Shown piece by piece: positions 8,782 to 19,123 of a stretch of 64,000 nucleotides of DNA. The DNA lies in contig CAVPRW010000017.1 in the NCBI GenBank assembly GCA_963707985.1, positions 128,001 through 192,000 of the forward strand. The letters are read 5' to 3'. The position numbers were made by a program, and so were the translations under genes. Below the pieces are notes generated by a model. The model worked only from the letters and a program-made list of their open reading frames with translations, made no database searches and was not told the origin of the DNA. Numbering within the stretch: the first letter of the stretch is position 1; each line of letters starts with the position of its first letter. This stretch comes from an uncultured Nitrospinota bacterium. GTDB lineage: Bacteria; Tectomicrobia; Entotheonellia; J063; CAVPRW01.

Positions 8782-9915
8782 CTAGAGGAAATCAAGCTGC
8801 TCGAAGGTCCCACCGACGATGGGCTTCGAATCCATCTTCATCCACTTCTCCAGCAAGGTCGCGTAGAGCCCGCGGAAATCGTTGTTGAAGTGGAGATCCC
8901 CTTCCAACAATTTCCCGGCTTCCAGGGAAGGATACTGGCCGTACAGGCCACCCTTCACCGCATCGCCGATGACGAAGGCATGGCCGCCGGAGCCGTGGTC
9001 GGTCCCGGAACCGTTGTCATGCACGCGCCGGCCAAATTCGGTGAACACCAGGAGGACGACGTTGTCCGTGGCGTTGTGCTCTTTCAGGTCGGCGTAGAAA
9101 TCGGCGACGGCCTTGGACGTCTGAGTCCACAGCCGGGTGTGGTTGGCCAACTCTCCGGCATGGGTATCGAAGCTATTGTATGGGGCGGTGGTGTAGAGAA
9201 TCCGCGTCCCAAAGTCCGCCAGATGGGTCTGGACGATGTTTCTCATATACCCGCCAACGGTATCGTCGCCGTACTTCACCGTCGAGGCATACTTCTCCGG
9301 AGCCGTGCTCAGGATGTCCGCCCCTTTCAAGGCGTCCAGGCCCGTCTGCGCGAAGTAGGACAGCACCTGGTCTTTCCCGAGCATCGGGGTGTAGGTGCGG
9401 GCGAATGTATCGAGTGCCTTCGTCCGCTGTTCCTCGATCTCGATGCCGGTGAGGACGCCGTAAGATTCGAGGTTACCAACCGAGGCCACCGGTACGCCCG
9501 GTGCCGACAGGGCGCGTGGCAGACCACGACCGAAGTTGACGCCGGTCAAGACGTTGTCTTTCTGGGGGTCGATCTCACGAATCGCCCGGCCCAGCCAGCC
9601 CTCGGTGCCGATCTTGTCGGGCTCGCAGGTGTGCCAAATATCCATCGAGCGGAAGTGAGAGCGGCTCGGTTTGGGATAACCGATTCCCTGAATGACCGCC
9701 ACTTTCCCCTCATCATAGAGCGCCTTGAGAGGTCCCATAGCGGGGTGAAACCCGACGTCCTTATTGAGAGGCAGTACCTGGTCTTCGGGAATCCGGACAT
9801 TCGGCCGGTTGTCGAAGTACAACGGGTTGCCATATGGGATGACCGTATTCAGAGCGTCGTTGCCCCCGGACAGCTGGAGGACAACCAGAATGGGGTCCTT
9901 CTTGTTCGCTGCCAT
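8782..9915 (-). CDS. DUF1501 family protein
   Basis: LVVLQLSGGNDALNTVIP, SRSHFRS, FDTHA, TEFGRR, GTDHG. Confidence 0.9.
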   Translation of the reverse strand: MAANKKDPILVVLQLSGGNDALNTVIPYGNPLYFDNRPNVRIPEDQVLPLNKDVGFHPAMGPLKALYDEGKVAVIQGIGYPKPSRSHFRSMDIWHTCEPDKIGTEGWLGRAIREIDPQKDNVLTGVNFGRGLPRALSAPGVPVASVGNLESYGVLTGIEIEEQRTKALDTFARTYTPMLGKDQVLSYFAQTGLDALKGADILSTAPEKYASTVKYGDDTVGGYMRNIVQTHLADFGTRILYTTAPYNSFDTHAGELANHTRLWTQTSKAVADFYADLKEHNATDNVVLLVFTEFGRRVHDNGSGTDHGSGGHAFVIGDAVKGGLYGQYPSLEAGKLLEGDLHFNNDFRGLYATLLEKWMKMDSKPIVGGTFEQLDFL

Positions 9916-9935
9916 AACATCCCCTCCCTTCGCCA

Positions 9936-11342
9936 TTAGGCAAATATGTATTCCGTGGTCGCCACGATCGACTGCAGCATCTGGGCCACTCGTTGGGGGA
10001 ATTTCTCTGCCCCGGTTCGAATCTCGCCCTCGCCCTTGGCCAGTGTCACCAGCTCATTGCGCGTCTCCGGCGCCAGCTGGTACCCACCCAGCAGCTCCAA
10101 GCAACCATCCACCAGACGCTCTGGGGTCAACGTCGGCCCTTCGGCACGCAGCCGTGCGATGATGTCCTGCACGCCAGGCAGGTTGGTCTTGGCCAGGTAG
10201 TCGGCGGTGAAGTTAATGCGCTCGACCAAGGTACCACTGTCGATCCACTCCTTCCCGGTATGCCAGCCCTCGACCGTTGGCGGATTGAGGATGTCTTGGC
10301 CCATGTAGCGGATGTTCAGGGCCAGGGCATTGAAGCCGGGCTTGGGGAAGTCGAAATCTTTCACCAGGCGCGTGGTACCGATCACCGTTTCAACCGGGCT
10401 CTTGACTTTGGCGAAACGGGCCTGTTTGAAGAAATTGGAGTTGAACAGGACGCGCAACATCGAACGAATGTCGGTCCCAGACCGGAAGTACTCGTCTTCG
10501 AGCATTTTGATGGCCGCAGGGTCGCGCGGTGGCGTGTGCTGCCATGCAGGAACCTGTGGCTCGTCGGCGACGAAGTAATTGTACAGGTGACGGGCGATGA
10601 ATCTGGCCGTGGCCGGCTGCTTGGCGATGATGCGGATGATATCCTCGCCATTCAAGTTGCCGGTCTCGCCGAGGAAGGTCTTCTGGCCATCGTCATGATC
10701 TTTTGGATCGTAGACGAACGTCGACAGATATCGGCCATATGGATACCGCGGCATGGCATTGGCGACCGTCCAACCGGTGAAAGCTCGGGCCGCCTCTTTG
10801 ATATCCTCCTCGCTATAATTCAGCTCGCCGTCCTTACCCACACCCATGGAGAACAGCTCTAACAGTTCCCGGCCCCAGTTCTCATTGATGGCGCCGTTAT
10901 GGCTCATGCAGTTGTCCAGGTAGAACACCATGGCCGGATCATACGCCAGTCCCATCAGCAGGTCTTCGTACTTGCCCATGCCGGTGCGTCGGAACATATC
11001 GATTTCGAGGCTTTGCTGCCGAGGATGCTCGCACTTGGCATGGCCAGTGCAGAAAATCCCGTGCCAGAACAGGGCCATTTTTTCTTCGAGCGGCCGCTTG
11101 GTGTTGATCATGCGGAAGATCCACTCTTCCTGCTGGCCTTCCAGCCCATTCTTGTTCACCCATTCGGTCTTGTATCGCATCATAATATCGTCGTCGAGCT
11201 CGGGCTGCGTCTCGGGATGCAGCAATTCCTCAACGGTCGCCTCGTAGCCTTTGGCGGCGCGGGCTTCCACTTCCGAATATGGGGCTCCGAATCCTGCGCG
11301 GCGCATCAGGTGAGCCATCAAGACTTTAGCTTCGTCTGCCAT
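9936..11342 (-). CDS. DUF1800 family protein
   Basis: HLMRRAGFG, LEEKMALFWH, PAMVFYLD, NENWGRELLELFSMG, PPTVEGW. Confidence 0.9.
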   Translation of the reverse strand: MADEAKVLMAHLMRRAGFGAPYSEVEARAAKGYEATVEELLHPETQPELDDDIMMRYKTEWVNKNGLEGQQEEWIFRMINTKRPLEEKMALFWHGIFCTGHAKCEHPRQQSLEIDMFRRTGMGKYEDLLMGLAYDPAMVFYLDNCMSHNGAINENWGRELLELFSMGVGKDGELNYSEEDIKEAARAFTGWTVANAMPRYPYGRYLSTFVYDPKDHDDGQKTFLGETGNLNGEDIIRIIAKQPATARFIARHLYNYFVADEPQVPAWQHTPPRDPAAIKMLEDEYFRSGTDIRSMLRVLFNSNFFKQARFAKVKSPVETVIGTTRLVKDFDFPKPGFNALALNIRYMGQDILNPPTVEGWHTGKEWIDSGTLVERINFTADYLAKTNLPGVQDIIARLRAEGPTLTPERLVDGCLELLGGYQLAPETRNELVTLAKGEGEIRTGAEKFPQRVAQMLQSIVATTEYIFA

Positions 11343-11525
11343 GTCTCTTCTCCTCCTAGCCATGCTATTTCTACGATGTTGTTAAAGCCGCCCATGGGCG
11401 ACATGGACATGTAACGCAGGCACACATACTTCTGAGCTTCTGTGGGGCCACCATGGGCTGGATCGATGGCCCAGGTTGCGCTGCCCTCTGATCCTACCTC
11501 TAGGGTCATCAGACATCCTAGAGCG

Positions 11526-11554
11526 ATCCTATACCTCAGTTGTTGCCTTGTCAA
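11526..11554 (-). promoter_or_regulatory. Sigma70-like promoter for the DUF1800 operon
   Basis: TTGACA-N17-TAGGAT on the minus strand. Confidence 0.6.
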
Positions 11555-11671
11555 CAGTTAGAAAAAAAATTATTGTCATTAGCGCGCTTAGCGGCACATC
11601 AAGCTGATTAAAACTTCGTCAGATGTGATGAATGCGTGCTTCTCTAATGGCCAACCGAGCCCAGTCAGGTG

Positions 11672-12397
11672 CTAGGTATAGCCGCCGAACAGTGCGCGTT
11701 GGAGATCCTTCCAAAAGCAATCAACGCTTTTGAACCCGACGTCTTTCAATGCCTCGAGCTGCTGTTCGAGGTTCGCGGGAAAGGGGCCAGCTCCCACTTC
11801 CACGGCTGTGCGTTCGGCTCGTCGCACCATGGTACCAATATCTTCGCGGGCATCCCCGGCACGCTGGCGGCGTGCTGTCGCCACGCGCGCATACCGCTGC
11901 TGCAGCTCAGTGGTTGGGGCGTTGACCAGGTCTAGATTGAGAAAGGCGCCACCTGGTTTCAATTGCTCGCGGATTTCGCCGTAGATCTCGCGAATACGTC
12001 TAAAGTCTCGCAGATTATGCAAGCAGCTCGATGACACGGCAGCGTCGAAGGGGCCAAATGGCTTCGGCAGCCAGTTCGGATCGAAGAGATCGGAATGGTG
12101 CGGTGTAAAGCGTCCCCCAAACGTCAGCATGAGGTGCCGCGCTCGGTTGAGCATGGGCTCCGAACCATCTTGACCAATGCATGTGGCGTTTGGGAAGCGC
12201 TCGAGAATGTAGTGGCTCACCGGTCCGTAGCCGCCGCCGACATCGAGGATCGTGACGGTGGCGTCGTTGGGAAACGGGAAGAGGTCACACATTATCTGAA
12301 AGCGCTCGCCCCGACGCGGATCTTCAGTCTGTTGTCGTCTCACCCACTCGTCGACGTATCCTTCTGAGGACCAATCGTGATGGTCGTTTCGCTGCAT
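11672..12397 (-). CDS. Class I SAM-dependent methyltransferase
   Basis: ILDVGGGYG, FDAAVSSSCLHNL, LKPGGAFLNLD. Confidence 0.85.
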   Translation of the reverse strand: MQRNDHHDWSSEGYVDEWVRRQQTEDPRRGERFQIMCDLFPFPNDATVTILDVGGGYGPVSHYILERFPNATCIGQDGSEPMLNRARHLMLTFGGRFTPHHSDLFDPNWLPKPFGPFDAAVSSSCLHNLRDFRRIREIYGEIREQLKPGGAFLNLDLVNAPTTELQQRYARVATARRQRAGDAREDIGTMVRRAERTAVEVGAGPFPANLEQQLEALKDVGFKSVDCFWKDLQRALFGGYT

Positions 12398-12585
12398 ATA
12401 CCCCTCCTACACCGGTACCAGTCGAGCCTGGAGACAACCATCAGGCGGCGGGTTATGGGTCTGAGACGACTCACCCGCCAATGCGGTCGGGCTCGATCTG
12501 GCCCTCTGCCCCCTGGGCCGTGGGAACGGCCCAGGTTGATGTTGCCGGAGATCTGCGCTCCAGGCCTATGAGGCGTAACGAGCGG

Positions 12586-13542
12586 CTAGAGGCCTAAGAG
12601 CTTCTCCAAGTTTTTCCAGAGGATTTTTTCTTTTTCCTCCTGGGTCAAACTCTGCAGGCCTAGCACCCAGGCGACGGGCCAATCGATCCGCATGTCAGCC
12701 GGCCAGTCGGTGCCCAGCACCACCCGGTCGGCGCCAACGGCGTCGAGCAACATGCGTAGCGCCGGCTCGCTATGGGTCAGGCAGTCGTAGTAGAACTTGC
12801 GCAGGTATGCACTAGGGGGCTTGTCGATGTGAGCTCTCGCCTCGGAGCGCACCTGCCAGCCCCGGTCCATACGGCCGATGCCGAAACAGGTATAGCCCCC
12901 GCCATGTGCCAGACAGATCTTCAAGTCTGGGCACTGGTCCATGACGCCCCCGAACACGAAAGAGGCAAAAGTCACGGCCCGGTCGACCAGATTGCCGATC
13001 GTGTTGGCGAGATGATAGCGGTTAATGCGTTGGAGCACCAACGTTGGCCTGGCCTGGTGGATGAAGATCACCGCCCCCATCCGCTCTGCTTCTTTCCAGA
13101 AGGGGAGAAATTCCGGTTCGTCGAAGGTGCGGCCATTGACATGGTCATTGATCATGGCCCCTTTAAGGCCGAGCTGCATCATGCCACGTTCCAGCTCACC
13201 GATGGCCGCCTTGATGTCTTGCATCGGCAGCGTGGCCAGGCCTGCGAAGCGGTCGGGGTAGTCGATTGTCATCTGGTGCACTTCGTCATTACAGGCGCGT
13301 GCAATGGCGGTGGTGGTAGCGACGTCCTGATCGTACTTGTAGAAGGCAACATTGGTGGATACGACTTGAACGTCGACCCCAAGGGACTTCATGTCGGCCA
13401 GACGCTCTTCTGGCGTCCAGGCGTTCATAGGGTTGAAGAGCTCCCCTTCGGCACTGGTCATGCCATGCCATGTCCTGCCGGATAGAACTTCTCGTTGGAA
13501 GCACTGGGGGGTGAGATGCGCGTGAATATCGATCGCTCGCAT
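12586..13542 (-). CDS. Amidohydrolase_2 (ACMSD/decarboxylase-like) protein, copy 1
   Basis: IDIHAH, FIHQ, AHGGG, GTDWP. Confidence 0.9.
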   Translation of the reverse strand: MRAIDIHAHLTPQCFQREVLSGRTWHGMTSAEGELFNPMNAWTPEERLADMKSLGVDVQVVSTNVAFYKYDQDVATTTAIARACNDEVHQMTIDYPDRFAGLATLPMQDIKAAIGELERGMMQLGLKGAMINDHVNGRTFDEPEFLPFWKEAERMGAVIFIHQARPTLVLQRINRYHLANTIGNLVDRAVTFASFVFGGVMDQCPDLKICLAHGGGYTCFGIGRMDRGWQVRSEARAHIDKPPSAYLRKFYYDCLTHSEPALRMLLDAVGADRVVLGTDWPADMRIDWPVAWVLGLQSLTQEEKEKILWKNLEKLLGL

Positions 13543-13566
13543 ACGCCTCCTTGTCCCTTTTCGCTA

Positions 13567-13641
13567 GTGGTCAGTGGTTGATGACTAGTGTCAGGCAGTA
13601 GACACCCTTGTCTACACGACTGATCACCGACCACAGACCAC
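13567..13641. repeat. Heptamer-type imperfect palindrome between the two amidohydrolase genes
   Basis: GTGGTCAGTGGTTGATGA ... TCACCGACCACAGACCAC around the inner hairpin GTAGACA-CCCT-TGTCTAC. Confidence 0.55.
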
Positions 13642-13654
13642 AAGCCATGAGGCC

Positions 13655-14618
13655 CTACTTTTCGAGACCCAATAGCTTCTCTAGGTTTTTGTACAGGATG
13701 GCCTCTTTCTCCTCCTGAGTCAGGCTTTGCAGGCTGAGTATCCAGGAGACAGGCCAGTCGATAGCCATGTCAGCCGGCCAGTCGGTGCCGAAGATCACCT
13801 TGTCGATACCCACGCTGTCGATCAACATGCGCAGCGCCGGTTCGCTGTGTGTCAGACAATCGTAGTAGAACTTATTGAGATAGGTGCTGGGGGGACGTTG
13901 GATGTTGACTCTGGCCTCGGAGCGTACTTGCCAGCCGCGATCCATCCGTCCGATGCCAAAGCACGTATAGCCACCGCCATGGGCCAGGCAGATCTTTAGA
14001 TCGGGGCAGGCATCCATGACGCCGCCAAAGACGAAGGAGGCGAAGGTGACGGCGCGGTCGACCAGGTTGCCGATGGTGTTGGGCAGATGGTAGCGGTTCG
14101 AGCGCTCTTTGACCAGCGTCTCGCCACCTTGTTGGTGGATAAACATGATAGCCCCCATCTGCTCTGCCGCCTTCCACAGGGGCAGAAACTCGGGCTCATC
14201 ATAGGTGCGCCCGTTGACTTTGTCATCGATCATCGCCCCGACCAGGCCGAGCTGGTTGACCGCTCGATCCAGCTCAGCGATGGCCGCCGGCACGTCCTGC
14301 ATCGGGATCTGCGCAAAGCCCTTGAAGCGGTCCGGATAGTCCATGGTCATCTGATGCACTTCGTCATTGCATTCCCGGTGCATGGCGGCGACGGTCTGGG
14401 GATCGCGATCGTAGTAGTAGAAACCTGCCCCGGTGGACACGACATGGACGTCGACCCCGAGGGATTTCATGTCGGCAAGGCGCTGCTCCGGTGTCCAGAC
14501 CGCCCGAGGCGCAATGCCGAACGCTGCCCGGTTTGATGCCGTGCCATTCCTTCCCAGCCTGCATGGCATGGATGAAACACTGGGGTGTCAAGTGAGCGTG
14601 AATGTCGATGCTGCGCAT
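13655..14618 (-). CDS. Amidohydrolase_2 protein, copy 2 (single +1 frameshift near 14520)
   Basis: MRSIDIHAHLTPQCF in one frame continues as WTPEQRLADMKSLG in another; collinear with copy 1. Confidence 0.85.
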
Positions 14619-14900
14619 GTGCACCTCCGTCTGCTAACGCTTTCTATGAAGGACGTCCATCGCAACAAAACTGCTGTCGGACGACTCAGGCAATGTGCTC
14701 CACCCGGCCGAAATCATACCACAGAAGATTCGTCCACATGATCTACGGCCGCTCCTGCCCCCATGCATCGCGCTCCCCCCCGGACAAAAGGGAAGTGGGG
14801 TAACGGTGCCAGCGACTGGCAACGCCGGCAACTCGGTCTCAAGCGCCCCGGCTTCGGAGCTGTAGAGGTTTCTGAAGTCGCCTGACCCTGTGTCGGCGGC

Positions 14901-14929
14901 ATACTACGCCGCCGGGTGAGGGGTGTCAA
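14901..14929 (-). promoter_or_regulatory. Sigma70-like promoter for the amidohydrolase pair
   Basis: TTGACA-N17-TAGTAT on the minus strand. Confidence 0.55.
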
Positions 14930-14944
14930 CCCTGGCGTTCGCCT

Positions 14945-16090
14945 TCACCTTTGCAGCTCGAAGTGGTCGAATACAGAGGTTCCGAGAGACGTGCCGTGAC
15001 AGGCGAGCATCGATGATCCTCGCGGCCAAATGCTGGCATTGTCCGGTTTCCATCGCGCTTCGCCGGGGGCACAGACGCGTATTGTGGTCACGCCCAGGCG
15101 GTTAGGGTCCAAATCGACTCGGACGTAGTGATTCATAATCCCTCGCCTGGCTATGGCATACTGAATATACGGGGGTGCAACCTTTGACGATGGTGATGCC
15201 TGCTGGTCGGCAAATGGGCGCAGCCACGCGCCACCCCCTCCGGCCACCACATAGACCACGCCCCTCCCGGCTGGATAGACCCCTGCCTGATACAGCTTGT
15301 GTTCGACTGCGGGCAACGGTTGGATGCGGTTGGGTGGATCGGTCACCCCTAGCGGATAGGTGCGCTCGAAGGAGTGCTGGTGGCCGGAAAAGACGAGGTC
15401 CACGCCCATGTCGTGCAGCGGTTTCAGGGTGGCGCAGCACGGCTTCTCAAACCACGCCGTGGTCACGACCGGTGCATGGACCAACACCAGGACCCACTTC
15501 TTGGCGTCCTTCGCACGCTTGACAGGCTCTTCGAGCCAGGCAAGCGCCCCGAGCTTGTCCGCGCCCAACACATCATGGTCTAGGACGGCGATCAACACCC
15601 CAGGGAGATCCTCGATGACACCCTCCCAATCTCTGGCTCCAGGTGGCTTTGTCAACGGGGCTCTCAAATTGGCGATCATTTGCCAGCACGTAATGGCGGC
15701 TTTCGCCCAATCACTGTCACCCTCGGGAGCATCATTATCCCCTCGTGCGAACACGACCTTCCCCTGAAAAGGCGTGAGCAGCTTGTCGCGGACCTCGGCT
15801 ACATACGGCGGCAGGTCCCCTGCCGCCGTATTCTGAGTACACACGCCCTTGGTATAGATGTAATCCCCTGCGTACAGCACCAAGTCGGGGGCATCCTGGA
15901 TCATGGCCTGCTGAACGGCAAGAAAACCCGCCGTGAAGGCGTCGTCGCCGATGCCCATATCGCCGACCACGAGGATTCTACACGACTCCCCTTGGCAGGC
16001 TGCGAAGGTTGGCATCACGGTACTGAGACCAAGGGCGATCCAGGCCACGACCAAGAGCAGCAGATGAATGGTGCCGAGTCTTGCGATCAT
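14945..16090 (-). CDS. Secreted calcineurin-like metallophosphoesterase (purple acid phosphatase-like)
   Basis: Signal peptide; GDMG, GDYIY, HAP, SGHQHSFER, YVVAGGGG. Confidence 0.8.
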   Translation of the reverse strand: MIARLGTIHLLLLVVAWIALGLSTVMPTFAACQGESCRILVVGDMGIGDDAFTAGFLAVQQAMIQDAPDLVLYAGDYIYTKGVCTQNTAAGDLPPYVAEVRDKLLTPFQGKVVFARGDNDAPEGDSDWAKAAITCWQMIANLRAPLTKPPGARDWEGVIEDLPGVLIAVLDHDVLGADKLGALAWLEEPVKRAKDAKKWVLVLVHAPVVTTAWFEKPCCATLKPLHDMGVDLVFSGHQHSFERTYPLGVTDPPNRIQPLPAVEHKLYQAGVYPAGRGVVYVVAGGGGAWLRPFADQQASPSSKVAPPYIQYAIARRGIMNHYVRVDLDPNRLGVTTIRVCAPGEARWKPDNASIWPRGSSMLACHGTSLGTSVFDHFELQR

Positions 16091-16152
16091 CGATTGTTCT
16101 CCATAGCTCACAGGAAGGACACGTGTGCAGGATAGTACTTCAGCCTGAGCCG

Positions 16153-16181
16153 GTTATATAAGGAGCGCAGAACCGTGTCAA
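16153..16181 (-). promoter_or_regulatory. Sigma70-like promoter
   Basis: TTGACA-N17-TATAAC upstream of the phosphoesterase gene. Confidence 0.6.
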
Positions 16182-16355
16182 GCCCCTGGGGCTTCCGTCT
16201 ATCGACCTCGGAGGATGTCGTCGATCGCGTCTCACCCCCGACTTGTCATGGCCCCTTTCCGCGGTTATATCGTTCGAGGCGCTGGTATCGCGATCGAATC
16301 TGCGGTACTATGCATCACTCATGACCTTGAGGAGACCAATCTGGAGACAACATCC

Positions 16356-17054
16356 ATGAAAAACAAAGTCTATCCAACTTTTGACGAGGCCGTAGCGGAC
16401 GTCCCCGATGGATCTGTGTTCATGTCCCCCGGATTTGGTGGCGTCGGCGTTCCAAGGAACCTTCTGGCTGCCTTGCACCGTCAGGGAGCCAAAAGCCTCA
16501 CAGGCATTTCCAACAACGGCGGCAGCAAGGACGACAAAGTCGATGTCGGCACCTTGATCGCGGCGGGCCAGGTGAAGAAAATGTACTGCGCCTTTACGGC
16601 TGCCACCCATCCCTCGCAGGTGACCCCCTTCGTCCAGATGTATAACGAGGGCAAGATCGACGCGGAGGTACTTCCCCAGGGGACGCTGGCCGAGCGGGTT
16701 CGCGCCGCCGCCGCCGGGATCGGCGCGTTTTACACACCCGCCAGCGTCGGCACCGAACTGGCCGAGGGCAAAGAGCACCGCGAGATCAACGGCCGCATGT
16801 ACGTGCTGGAGTACCCCCTGCACGCGGACTATGCGTTCATCCGCGCCTGGAAGGCGGACACGTTCGGCAACCTGCAGTTCCGCCTGGCCCAGCGCAATTT
16901 CAACCCCATCATGGCGATGGCGGCGAGAATTACCATTGTCGAAGTGGAAAACGACATCGTGCCTATCGGGGAGCTGGACCCGGACCAGATTCATGTGCCG
17001 GGCGTCTACGTCGACCGCCTGGTGCGCATCCCTGCTGACGGGATCTGGGACTGA
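16356..17054 (+). CDS. 3-oxoacid CoA-transferase subunit A (PcaI/ScoA-like)
   Basis: PQGTLAERVRAAAAGIGAFYTP, GNLQF...RNFNPIMA. Confidence 0.9.
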   Translation: MKNKVYPTFDEAVADVPDGSVFMSPGFGGVGVPRNLLAALHRQGAKSLTGISNNGGSKDDKVDVGTLIAAGQVKKMYCAFTAATHPSQVTPFVQMYNEGKIDAEVLPQGTLAERVRAAAAGIGAFYTPASVGTELAEGKEHREINGRMYVLEYPLHADYAFIRAWKADTFGNLQFRLAQRNFNPIMAMAARITIVEVENDIVPIGELDPDQIHVPGVYVDRLVRIPADGIWD

Positions 17055-17130
17055 GAGCTCTGCACTGATCACAGGTTGGTACGTTGCTGCGAAGACGAGC
17101 GCAGGCGTCGAATAATTGGAGGAGATGAGG

Positions 17131-17811
17131 ATGGAAGAGAAGCCGAGACTGGCGCGGCAAGCCATGTGCGATCGGCTGGCGATGGAATTCCAGGACGAAT
17201 GGATAGTGAATCTGGGCGTGGGTATGCCGACTCTGTGTTCAAATTATGTGGATCCCAAGAAAAGCCTGATCTTTCACTCGGAGAACGGCGTGATCGGCTA
17301 CGGTCCACTGGCGAAGCCGGAAGAGGTCGACCGGCATCTGGTCAATGCCGGAGGACAGAACGTCACGCCCGTACTCGGCATGGCGATCGTGCATCACGCC
17401 GATTCCTTCGCATTGATCCGTAAAGGCATGGTGGATGTGACGGTGATGGGCGCCTACGAGGTGTCCGAAAACGGGGATTTCGCCAATTGGCGCATCCCCA
17501 ACCGTAAAGGCGGCGGCATCGGTGGGGCGATGGATTTAGCGGCTTGTGCCAAGCGGGTGTTCATTGCCTTGGAGCATACCACCCGCGAGGGCAAACCCCG
17601 TTTGCTCAAACGCTGCACCCTGCCCATCACGGCGCCGGGCGTGGTCAAATTGGTCGCGACCGACCTGGGCCTGTTCGAGGTGACTCCTCAAGGATTTCAG
17701 CTCCGCGAGTACGCCCCAGGATGGACTCCTGAGGAGATTCAGGACCTTACCGAGGCGCAGCTGATCATGGCCGACAGCCTGCGGGAATTCCGCTTCCGCG
17801 ACCAGAACTAG
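17131..17811 (+). CDS. 3-oxoacid CoA-transferase subunit B (PcaJ/ScoB-like)
   Basis: VNLGVGMPT, catalytic SENG motif, GGAMDL. Confidence 0.9.
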   Translation: MEEKPRLARQAMCDRLAMEFQDEWIVNLGVGMPTLCSNYVDPKKSLIFHSENGVIGYGPLAKPEEVDRHLVNAGGQNVTPVLGMAIVHHADSFALIRKGMVDVTVMGAYEVSENGDFANWRIPNRKGGGIGGAMDLAACAKRVFIALEHTTREGKPRLLKRCTLPITAPGVVKLVATDLGLFEVTPQGFQLREYAPGWTPEEIQDLTEAQLIMADSLREFRFRDQN

Positions 17812-17947
17812 CGTTCAATCGCCGCTATCCGGCGTCGGCGTGGTGGCCTGTCCAGGAATGATCACGGCATCGGTGGCAATGGGGCGATGGAGCGCACCGG
17901 AACGGTGGAGGAATGGAAGGCTGCTAGAGAAGAATGGAGGTGTCACG

Positions 17948-19093
17948 TTGAAGATCGCTGCTGTCAAAGCCCATCCGATGTCGATCGCGCGGCCCCAAGC
18001 CAGTTGGACCGCACATGAAATAACCACCGAAGCCAGCTTGATCCTGGTTGAAGTTCAGACCGATGCCGGGCTCATTGGGTATGGGGAAATTCAGAGCGGG
18101 CCGATGCCTCAGGTATGCCGTTGGATTGAGCAATTCGGCGAGATCATCCGCGGCATGGATGCCCTGGCCCATCTTGAAGTCTGGGAAAAACTCTTTGCAC
18201 TGACCTCGCCGCGGCCCGGTGGCATTGGCGGTCGGGATGGCTTGCCACCGCCGCTGCCACGCGGCCAGCGCTCTCAGATCATGGCAGCCATCGGGGGCAT
18301 CGATATCGCGCTGTGGGATATCAAAGGCAAGGCTACCAACATGCCGGTCTACCGGCTGCTCGGCGGCTCCCAACGCGAGCTGTTTACGTATGCTACCGGC
18401 GGCTACTATGTCGAAGGCGCACCGCTCACCGCCTGCGCCGAGGAGCTGGGAAGTTATGTCGCTGCCGGATACCGTGCCGTCAAGCTCAAGACCGGCGGCA
18501 TGTCTTTAGACCAGGAGCTTGTGCGCATCCGGGCCACGCGTGAGGCCATCGGTGATGCCATGCTCATGCTCGATATGAATGCGCCCTATGATGTGCAGGA
18601 TTGCATCATGTTTGCCGAGGCGGTCGAACCCTATAACATCTTCTGGCTTGAGGAGCCTCTGCACTGGTATCTGCAGCCGGCCGATTACGTCAGACTGGCC
18701 GATGCCATATCCATACCGTTGGCGCATGGGGAGCGCGAGTGGACCCGTTTCACTATCCGTGATTTCATCGCCTCTGGCGCGATTCGCTTCGTGCAGTTCG
18801 ATGCCACCCGCTATGCCGGTTTCACCGAAGCCCTGCGTATCGCCCATTTGGCCGAGCAGCATCGGGTCGTCATCGCGCCCCATACGGCTCCTCACATTCA
18901 TGGGCATATCGTCTCAGCCTTTGGCGCCAGCGCCTTCGGTGTGGAATCACACGGTGATCCAGAGCGCCATCCCATCCAGCATGGCATGTACACGGAGGGG
19001 CCGGAAGTGCGCGATGGCAAAGTCTACCTGAGTGAGTTGCCTGGCTTGGGTGTCGAGATCGACTGGGCTTTCGTCAACAAGCATCGTGCTTAA
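17948..19093 (+). CDS. Mandelate racemase/muconate lactonizing enzyme family enolase
   Basis: DIALWDIKGK, KLK, LDMN, WLEEP, GE, PGLG; GGAGG RBS before TTG. Confidence 0.9.
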   Translation: MKIAAVKAHPMSIARPQASWTAHEITTEASLILVEVQTDAGLIGYGEIQSGPMPQVCRWIEQFGEIIRGMDALAHLEVWEKLFALTSPRPGGIGGRDGLPPPLPRGQRSQIMAAIGGIDIALWDIKGKATNMPVYRLLGGSQRELFTYATGGYYVEGAPLTACAEELGSYVAAGYRAVKLKTGGMSLDQELVRIRATREAIGDAMLMLDMNAPYDVQDCIMFAEAVEPYNIFWLEEPLHWYLQPADYVRLADAISIPLAHGEREWTRFTIRDFIASGAIRFVQFDATRYAGFTEALRIAHLAEQHRVVIAPHTAPHIHGHIVSAFGASAFGVESHGDPERHPIQHGMYTEGPEVRDGKVYLSELPGLGVEIDWAFVNKHRA

Positions 19094-19123
19094 GCAGTGC
19101 TTTAGCGGGTGGGGCAAGATCAT

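Noticed and set aside
8758..9939. Long antisense ORFs (e.g. 8758-9939 +, 35491-36501 -, 52362-53390 -, 56901-58070 -)
   Set aside because: They are shadows of well-supported genes on the opposite strand, as expected in GC-rich DNA, and carry no motifs of their own.
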